From Octopus sinensis (taxonomy: Eukaryota): a stretch of DNA of 56,618 nucleotides. How positions within the stretch are numbered: the first letter of the stretch is position 1; each line of letters starts with the position of its first letter. The translations under genes and the position numbers were made by a program. The stretch spans positions 1-56,618 of the forward strand of contig NW_021832584.1 in NCBI RefSeq assembly GCF_006345805.1, written 5' to 3'. Shown in pieces: positions 47,600 through 56,618 of this stretch. Under the pieces are notes generated by a model. The model was not told the origin of the DNA and made no database searches. It saw only the letters and a program-made list of their open reading frames with translations.

Positions 47600-48592
47600 T
47601 AGATCCATATTGCGCATTTTGGGTTCAAAAATGTGCAAACTATTATTTGTGAATTAAAATTTTGGATTAAATTGTAATTTTGGTCTTAATGGGAGTAGTG
47701 CAATTCCACAGTTTTAAGTGTGTAGAGACATAAACCAAAGTTCCAGGTTTGTCTCCTAAAAACTATCTTAGCAGGTTAGTTATAAGGAATTTCCTTACAG
47801 ACTATTGGTAAACAAACAGAAACCATTTAATACACATAAGATTTGTATAATGCCAGACAAATAAGATTAATTTTATCTTTCTAATTGTGATTTCTTTTCC
47901 TGTAATTGATTGTCGCTATTTGATCTCGCTCTAGATAAAATATATATGTTTTGTATTTAATAGAATTTGGAGACTACCCTATCCTGTGTCAACACGATAA
48001 AGAATCATTTAATATATTCATGTATATATAAAAGTATTGGGAAGCAGGACTTCAATTCATCTTTTGTTATCATTTTATTTTCTTTATCATTTAACCACAA
48101 ATTTTAACATACCTACCGACTCGTAGATATTGTAATAAGAACAATCTCACAAATAATAACCCTATTTTTATACACTTTCCACATTTTTGAGAATTGAAAG
48201 CAAATTCGTCGTGCTCACGATCAGCTAATCAAAAACTTATAAGCAAAAAATATGTTGGCAATCTTAGCTACATGCTCACCTAATCAAAATATACAAACCA
48301 GTGAACTCCATGTGAACTTTACCAATGGCCATCGTTCAGTAAAGTGTCTGTAAAAACAACAGAACCAAATTTGACAAATTTTCTGAAATTGAAAGTATGT
48401 GGGGCATGAATTTAATTAATTTTAATTATTTTCCTAACATTTGACATACTTTCCATTTCACCTGCAATAACCACATTGATCTGATCATATTTGATCAATA
48501 ATAGCTTGTAGCCCAGATCCACACAACATGTTGGCAGTATACGCGGAAGATGTGCTTTGAATTCCTATCTTAAGTAATAGTTGTATAGTACT
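47600..48592 (-). pseudogene. Decayed acetyl-CoA acetyltransferase (thiolase, ACAT2-like) with tiny introns
   Basis: AYTANMLCGSGLQAI (active-site Cys, 48512-48532), VVIAGEMESMSN, DREHDEFAFNSQK..EIV, LKSCF, IVCKEIPYN*PAK, GIALLPL; many stops and deletions. Confidence 0.75.
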
Positions 48593-48924
48593 GGAAAGAA
48601 AAGAACAACAAAAAAACAATTCATGCACATAAAAGTTGTTTTTATTTATTTAAATAATTTTAAAATATTTTTGAAATAAAATTCATATAATAAATTATTT
48701 ATTAATAACAAACATAACTATAATTTGCATCATATTTTCTTTATTATTTTATATACATTTTTAGTTTTTTAATTAAACTAATATCCATTGATTAATAATT
48801 AATTTGTTATATAAAATAAGCTAATTTAATTATTCTTAATACTTTTTTCAAGTATCGATTTTTAACTAAATAGACTATATCATTAAATCATTCTAGTGAG
48901 ACCCTTTGGAATTGTTATTTTAAA

Positions 48925-50928
48925 ATGTCAAGAAATGAAATTTTGGCTCCCTATATAGTTTATATCAAATATTAAAATTGTAATAGACATTACTCAGACA
49001 ACTTCGAAGAGTTGATTTGCAAAAACTTTGTCATTTTATTCATGCAAAGATTTCTGGAAATAAAAATGATCTGTTGCAACGAATTTATGAGAATCTAGAA
49101 ACAGTTTACAATCCCGAATTCCTGTTAGAAATCAAATTTATTTTTGAGTACACCAAATAACAAATTTTATTTTAGACATAGAGATAATGCTTTATTCTCA
49201 TTAAAAACGATATTTCCTACAGTAAAACATGCTTCCCCAATTGATTTGAATTCTCTTAAATTCGAAGATATTCCTTATTATGAAAACCTTCACACACTCT
49301 TATACCCAACTTTAATCAAGAATGGTAAACCTGCCATAAATTATTTTAGGTGACAAAATATCTGACGGCGACTGCAGAAACGTGTTTACTTTTGCAGAGT
49401 CAATTTACAATACTTTCCCAGATTTAAAGTAATTGTTTTTTAACAAGTTATAAAATATGTTTACCAACTATATTTATTCAATATAAAATAATTTTTGATA
49501 TTTTATAACACAGATTTTTTGACTACATGGGATTCAGAACTGACATTCAAGTACAACTTAGGTTCAGTTTAAAATTAATAATTCTAGAATTGGCGTTTTG
49601 GAATCAAATGTTTTGCGTGATAAATATCCGTCAACTTTAACGTGTAAACTCAACTCAAAATCTGTCGATCTTCCAGTATTAAGTCGATCTTTTATTTAGC
49701 CATACCTCCCTATCAAGCGACAAAACGACGTACAGAAACGTCCGCGGATTCCCGTTGATGTGACTATGGTGACAATCACACACCCAAATAGCACAAATTG
49801 TTTATTTGTCCGTAACAGTTCTAGCGAAAAAGTAATTTTTATATTCATTTTTAGGATCAATATTACGCGGGAATTTTTATTGTTAGAAAATTATTAGTCA
49901 GTGATTTAATAAACAAAATACAATCTCGATCTCCAATAACAACTGAACAGACTCGGAAATGGAGTTTGACCTAATAAACTGACTTTTCAGTCACTGAACG
50001 TCTTTCTGCAAACAATGAGACTGACGAACCTGTTGTGACTGATATATTCCTCTCTCTCCTATGTCCTGTTTCCATATTTTCATTTACTCGTATAGATATC
50101 CCAGACTCGTTTGTCCCTTCCGGTCAGATCGACGCAATGTGACCACATTCAATGTTTTGATGCCCATACTTTTCTCACAATGAATGAGAAAAGACCTAAT
50201 TGGCGTTGTCCGATTTGTTCTCGGCCTATGGACTTTTGGTACGTGAAGATTGACGAGTATCAGTCTTACTATATTATCCCATAAGATACGTCTCCTTCAT
50301 TTTAATGCAGACTAAAACTCACGTGAGATCTGTTGGGTTTGACGAGAATGGGCTTTGGCACTGTGTTTCAGATAAAGGGGAACCTGCTAGAGGTTATTTG
50401 CCATTGTTGATTTTTCTAGAAATTTTTGATACCACTGAACATAAAGAACCTACTCCGATAACTGAGAGTGTGGTTAATATTTCGAAGGATGGAGACGAGG
50501 TTATTGTCATTGAAGATTCTGACGATGAGGAAAAAGATAAAAATAATCTACAAGTTGAGAATGAACAGCCCTCCTTAGTCCTCATAGAAGGATCGGTACG
50601 TTCTCTTAATCAGGATATCCAAAATGAACCACATGTTCTACGACTTCCCTTATCTTCTAATAAGAGGCCTTGTTTAGACTCAATGAATACTGTATTTAAT
50701 GGAAGTAGCGACATTACTCATCGAGACATTCCGTTTAAAAACTCGGCTTTTAATAGCCAAGTGTTTCACCCTCTGTTTGGTTCATCTCAGTCAGTGCCTC
50801 CTCGATTGTTCACAGTTTCTAATTATAATCAGCCATTCTTCCACGGATTGATCTTTCCAACTTCGATGTCAAATAATACTCCCCAAGGTGATAGAAACAT
50901 TTTTTTGGACAAGTTACCAAAATTATAA
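48925..50928 (+). CDS. PIAS: PIAS/Siz SUMO E3 ligase (SAP, PINIT, SP-RING, SIM-like acidic tail)
   Basis: LRRVDLQKL..SGNKNDLLQR (SAP), IPYYENL..YPT, IQVQLR, spliced LLCP/ISQTRLSLPVRSTQCDHIQCFDA..NEKRPNWRCPIC, EVIVIEDSDDEE. Confidence 0.9.
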
Positions 50929-51006
50929 CAATTAAATTTTTTTCTTCAATAAATTACATTTCAGTAATTTTTATTAATTTATTAAATTAATCATTGTAAC
51001 TTATAT

Positions 51007-51903
51007 ATGGATAATTCGCATGCTTGTCCTGTTAACTCACATGCGTCTTCTAACGAAGCTGGTATTCAATTTTGCTTCTTACTTTTCTAATTAATTAAAT
51101 TTTAAATGAAGTTTCTTGCCCAATATCAAGAGAGAAGTTGAATAATAATACGAAAATCTCTAACCCACCAGAAGGAGGATGTCCAATGGCACATAACAAT
51201 ATAGAGATTGTAAATGATCGGAATATGGTTGTTAATAATGTGAAATCTTAGAAAATAGATGCCAGATTTTAGTAAGGATACAACTTCTGAGAATTTCTGT
51301 AATCTAAAAAAAACAAGAGAAACGTCAAGTATTCCAATGTCTTCTTCTGATTCAAAAAAATGGACTTATCCGTCTTCTGAAATGTTTTACCGTGCTATTG
51401 TTAGGAAAGGTTTTTTTAAACTATTATAAAAATTTTAATCAGGCCACCAATTTGAAAATGGACAACTTGATTCTCAGTTGATTGATGATGCAGTGAAAGC
51501 CCATAACTCTACTAATGAGGCTACATGGAAGGAGATTCTCAAATGGGAAGCCCTTCACGCGAAGTTTTAAATATGGAAACAAATATATTAGTGAATGTCC
51601 TAGTCCTAGTTTACGCCGTTTCCACGGGAGAAATGACGACATTTCTCCTCGTGCAAGAATTAGAAATTTTTTCGGGCAAGAATTAGAAATATTAAAGTTT
51701 AATTCTTTAGGTATCAATTACCCTTCGACCGTCACGACTGGTATGTCGATCGGTGTGGTTTTGATGTGAGATATGTTATTGACTACTATGACTGTTCGAA
51801 TGAAACACTTCTTGATGTAAGACCTGCCTTGGATTCATTTACGGCGGTTATGGATCGTTTTAAAGTTATGTGCTATCGGTGGTACTGCAATTGGATAAAC
51901 TAA
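51007..51903 (+). CDS. HCCS: Holocytochrome c-type synthase (heme lyase), intact after splicing 5 small introns including one GC-AG
   Basis: CP motifs (ACPV, SCPI, GCPM), [78 protein letters not shown]. Confidence 0.95.
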
Positions 51904-52428
51904 TATTTTATCTTTGTTTAATAACACTAAAATACATTTAAAAGTATATGGATAATCATAGAGAGTTTGGGGATTCGATATCAAATTCATTTGTTTAAAT
52001 TTAACAAAAATTTGCTAGTCGAATAATTAGTTAAAAATCGTGATCTTAATTAAAAGCTTTTAACTCAAATGCAATTGCATGAAAGATCAAATTTTGGTTG
52101 AAATTTATTGGCAAATCTCAAAAAAACTATTCTGTATGTAAGAAAGTATATGCGGTTTTTAAAAACAGAAAAAAACACATCGCCAAGATTCAAAGATTTC
52201 TCACATATAAGTAGAAACTGGAATAACTCTCTAAATTAGATTAAACAATATCAAAGTGTTTAAATAAGAGTCACCGGTGCATAAAAGTGAAACTTTTTAA
52301 AATTACCTCTTTTTAAAATCTTGACGAATTCACTAAAAGATTAATTAGAAACAGTTGCTCCATTGCTAATGCAGTATATTGGACGATCCTGGAACGATGT
52401 TTGTTGTTCGAATTATGAAATGTAATTA

Positions 52429-53170
52429 CAGTACGACCCCGCCCCAATAGAAAAGTGGCCCAAATATAGAGAGTGCCCCTAAGATAGAGGTATATATAAT
52501 TTTTACATTTTAAAAGCAAATATCTGTATTTTTAATAATAAAATATGTTTTTTCGTATTAAAAAGGAGGAATTAATTTATTCTATGAAAAATAATCAGTT
52601 ATTTTGAATCCAGTATTATATTTATTTCTTAGAATCTTCGACATTTTTATCTTGAATTCATAGTATTCTTTGAGTCCTTCAGGGCAAGTGTTGAATAAGG
52701 AAGTTTCAAGATCATTAATTATTCTCATTAAATCTTTTAAGTCGGACCCTTCAATTTCATCATTTCCATTATACAAAGTATCATTATCCTCAATTCCGTT
52801 TATTTCAAGATCCATTAAAGCTAAAACATGCTTATCGATTAATTCAGATTCTTTTTTTAAATTAATTTCAGGAAAACATGTTCTCTGTTCGTTTATTTTC
52901 ATCCAACAATTGACAATTGTTGTTGTTGTTACTTGACTCCATGCTTCCCCCACATATGCGATTATTTGCCTCATATTAATTTTCAATAAAGTCGAATAGT
53001 ACTTTTTGAGATCATCAGTACATATCATTTCATAAAGAACGTTGCTATAATAGGCTTTAAACGAATTTATGATCTCCATGTCTAAAGGTTGAAAAAGTGC
53101 TGTTGTATTTTTAGGAAATTTAAAAAATGATAAGTTTGAATATTCTTGTAATTTGTGGCACAATTGCATC
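52429..53170 (-). mobile_element. pogo/Tigger 3' half
   Basis: FPKNTTALFQPLDMEIINSFKAYY..AWSQVTTTTIVNCW; terminal TA|CAGTACGACCCCGC. Confidence 0.8.
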
Positions 53171-53254
53171 CTACTATTTTTTTATTCTCGGGAATTTGTG
53201 GCACAATTGCATCCTACATGGAAACAAAAATAAAAAACTTATTTATAACAACAA

Positions 53255-53545
53255 TCAATGAAAACAATGACGCTGTATAATTTTAGAAACAAATTCTTTT
53301 ACATTTGGCTCCATGATCGTAAGACGAGGCCGTAAATCTCCTCTCTCAGCAACGTCTAAGCAGTTTCGACTTTTTGTAACGAGTTGAAATACAACGCTAA
53401 AGCTTTTCTCAACCAAGTAAGAAGTAAGAAAAGCGATAAAAAATAATTTAGCTTTCTCCCTTAACATATGATATTTTTCAGGAATATTTGTCTGTAGCCA
53501 AAAATCTTGATATAATTTTTGTTTGAATCTTAGTTTTAATTCCAA
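53255..53545 (-). mobile_element. hAT (Buster) transposase C-terminal dimerization domain remnant
   Basis: DFWL..KAKLFFIAFLTSYLVEKSFSVV..KSRNCLDV..GDLR..LT.MEP. Confidence 0.8.
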
Positions 53546-54072
53546 TAAAATTAGTTCCTGTTGGCAACAAAATTCGACGTCGTCGATATCTAAAAAAAAT
53601 CTATGATCCAGTCCGGAACATATTAATAATTAAATATGATAATCGCTTACAAATCAAAATTGAACGCTACAACGATCAAGTTGTCAAAAGGATAAATTAA
53701 CTTATCGCAAAAAAGCTAAAATTGTTAATTGTTTTTGCAAACAAGTCAGTTGTCTTATTTAGTACAATATTTAAAATGTGTAAAATATGAAGGCCTTTTC
53801 CTTTCTCAAAAATTGCATCAACGTCCCCAAACTATTATGCTTATTGGGATGCTCGCCCTGCTTTACAAAAGATGAAATATTGAATTCCATCGATAAAACG
53901 TTAAGACTATGTGCCGACTCGATCCTAAATATTCGTTTCTAAAGATCATTAAATGTGATAGTAAGATTCGTAAATTTTTCTTAAACTTAATTTTTTATAA
54001 TAATTCATAAATGATTTATTTAAAAATGTTTTAAATAATAATTGTGTTATAGTTGTAAATGTTTTATCCAAA

Positions 54073-54732
54073 ATGTTCTCTTCAATCCAGAAAAAAAAGA
54101 AATGGGATTAATAGATTTCGATATATCGAAATGCTTATCGAAGAATTTAAATTCAATAAATCATATAGTTTGACATTTTTAAACAAATTGAACAATTTTT
54201 AGAATCACGCTCCCAAATCGTTGCGAATCTTGCAAATTTTGCATATGATCCGTTAAATTTTAACATATTAAACAAATTAAACGTAGTCAAACTTTTTCTA
54301 GGTTTTGTAGCTTCAGGGTTTATTTTATAGACATACTTTCCAACACCAATTCGATTAAAGAAATAGAGTTTGCGAGCGCCGGAATCTGCAATCTTGTTTG
54401 CGGTTAATAATTTATTTTAAATAACATCACAGATACATTTTTTAGAGATCAAGTCATTTCCTTTTCAGGAATGGAAATATTGACTAATTTGCTTGAAAAT
54501 AACTTTAACGAGACGGTGTTGACTAACGTAATGGCATCTATAATATACCTTGCAGGTGAAGACACTCGGCAACGTTGATATTATGTTTTTTATATCTAGA
54601 TATTACTTCTAGAGTTGCCGAATATTTTATGAAACTAAAAGATCATCACTTCATTTCGATTCGGAATTTAGCGATCATTTTTTTGCAGGTTTACGACTTT
54701 ACTTCATTTTTTAGGATTTTTGTAATCACTAG
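54073..54732 (+). CDS. ARMC7: Armadillo repeat-containing protein 7 (1-nt frameshift in A8 run at 54091-54098)
   Basis: RFRYIEMLIEEF, QIVANLANFAYDP.N, FASAGICNL, RNLAIIFLQ/DFC*; five tiny introns. Confidence 0.88.
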
Positions 54733-54938
54733 CGAATTCAGTTTCCATAAAAGACTAAATTTTATTTGAATTCCTTAAAACAGAGAAGAAATAATACCGA
54801 TCCTACCTTTTCATGATTATTTTCAATTTTTTGAATTAATTATTTATATTATTGAAGACATTTTTATAGATAAGGAAATTGACGTATGCTAAACAATTCG
54901 ATTTTTAACTTGTTGATAAGTGACTTAATCATCTAGAA

Positions 54939-55400
54939 CAGGTGTTCTCAACCGGGGGCGAATCGCCCCCTAGGGGCGAAACTTTTGTACAGGGGGGCGA
55001 TAATATATTTAATAAAATATTCGAATTTTAATATAATACAAGTATTTATACATGATCATGCGAGCAGGATCGAACCTTTCAGTAGGATCTCCCTCGTTCG
55101 GATCGGCGATCACGGGGATTATTATAATTAACTGGCTTACCCGTCTTTGGTCTTTAATAAATAAATAATCTAAGATGTCTTCTCGCTCAAATAAGAAAAG
55201 TCGTCATTATCAAAACGAATATTTAAAATATGGGTTTATTCAAGTACTGAAGATACAGAACAACCATATTGTCTTATTTGTCAATGTTCTTTCTCAAATG
55301 AGGCGATGAAGCCATCACGATTACAGAATCATTTAAAACGCAAGCACCCGGATAAAATGTCAAAGCCGATTGAATATTTTCAAAATTTAAAATACAATTT
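54939..55400 (+). mobile_element. hAT (Buster/Charlie) 5' end with BED finger; carries the SINE-like copy at 55064-55168
   Basis: ATCTAGAA|CAGGTGTTCTCAACCGGGGG; EYLKYGF..PYCLICQ..NEAMKPSRLQNHLKRKH. Confidence 0.85.
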
Positions 55401-55759
55401 TATTTACTTTTACGAGGTTTTTGGAATCATGCATACAACATTTTGTTTCCAGGCCATAGGTAAGTGACTTGACAACCATCTTGAATTGAAAATCACCGAC
55501 CTTTGAAAGATTCGCATGTGCACGGTTACTAATGACACACCTGTTCTCAAATTCAAGGGATCAAAAGAGTAGCCTTTGTTTAATTAATAATTTGGTCTAA
55601 TTTAAATCTGACCGATTCTCTATGTATAAAGAAGATTGTTTTCTATTTATTTATGATTGAATCTTTTAAACATTCATTAATAAATAGACGAACCTCTTGT
55701 TAAACGAATTGTTTAATCAAAATTTAGACAGTTAATTGAAGATAAGTTTTAAATAATTT

Positions 55760-56460
55760 TTCTTGTTAACTCACTTTCACATCTAAAAATATCGATATTA
55801 TTGCAAGTTCTTAATGGCAATGATCCAGACCAACGAGTACAATTTTGCGAATGGTATTTACAAAAATGTGAGAAAAATGAAGAGTTTTCAAGCAGGATTG
55901 TGTAAAGTAGCGAAGCCACATTCAAGTTGAATAGGTCCATTAACAGCCATAATTGTATCTATTGGGGACCCGAAAATCAGATGTTACTGTCGAGCGGAAT
56001 GTCAATTTACTAGGAATTACTGTATGGTGTGGTTTATATCAAAAGGGTTAAGTGGGCCATTCTTTTTTGACGCAACTGTAATCAGTCAGTTTTACTTGAA
56101 CTTGTTACAACAGTCTGTCATGCCATTAATTAGTGACGATTTTTATGATGAAAATGTTCATTTTCAGCAAAATGCTGTTCTCCCGCATTACCATCGCGAT
56201 GCTAGGTCTTATCTTAATGAGGTTATGCCAAACAGTTGGATTGGACAAAAAGGCTTTGTTGAATATCTTCTCCATTCACCTGATCTTACACCACTCAATT
56301 TTTTCCTATAAGAATACCTAAAAGCCAAAGTCTACGCTACAAAACCCCCAACAGGTGCTGAATTAAGAGAAACCATTAAGCATTAATGTACACAGATATC
56401 AAGTGAATTGTTTCATAAAGTGTGTGATTCTATTTCTTGGCGTTGTTCTCACTGCTAAAA
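55760..56460 (+). mobile_element. Decayed mariner/maT-like (ITm) transposase
   Basis: [58 protein letters not shown]. Confidence 0.85.
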
Positions 56461-56618
56461 GAAAATCATATAAGATTAACTCCCTCCTTAACTTATGCTG
56501 TGACCCTAAGAGGTCTGTCAGTTTTTTTCGTGCCACATTCCTCTTTAATTTCACGGGGGAATGGGGTTAAACAAATAAAAACAAACATAGAAAAAACGGA
56601 GAGCATGGAACAGTTCAG

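Noticed and set aside
53150-53217. 25-bp direct repeat AATTTGTGGCACAATTGCATCCTAC
   Set aside because: Local duplication at the broken end of a Tigger; no sign of wider significance.

Overview
AT-rich eukaryotic nuclear DNA from a compact-gene, transposon-rich animal-type genome. Host genes are split by many ultra-short (about 19-35 nt) GT/GC-AG introns and use the standard code. Recognisable genes: CEBPZ/NOC1, MAX-like bHLHZ, an adhesion GPCR, MVD, CCDC53, POLR3E, LDH, an I29 propeptide-only ORF, PIAS, HCCS and ARMC7, plus a decayed thiolase and a possible TRF-like pseudogene. This combination suggests a reduced parasitic animal such as a myxozoan (inference; dicyemid is an alternative; an intact HCCS argues against microsporidia). 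Intergenic space is filled with nested TE remnants: CRE, R4/NeSL-type RLE elements, RTE, Jockey/I-like LINEs, Tigger, hAT, IS630/Tc1, Ginger-like, Helitron and mariner. The standout is an intronless, decayed bacterial operon fragment at about 37.2-40.0 kb (xseB'-dxs'-nadK-ORF-terminator) whose motifs and gene order look chlamydial, i.e. a probable fossil of chlamydial endosymbiont DNA integrated in the host chromosome. Beside it is a three-level nested transposon carrying a telomere-like higher-order repeat. Several single-base frameshifts in homopolymers of otherwise intact genes suggest residual long-read assembly errors. All identifications are from reading motifs by eye; no searches were run.
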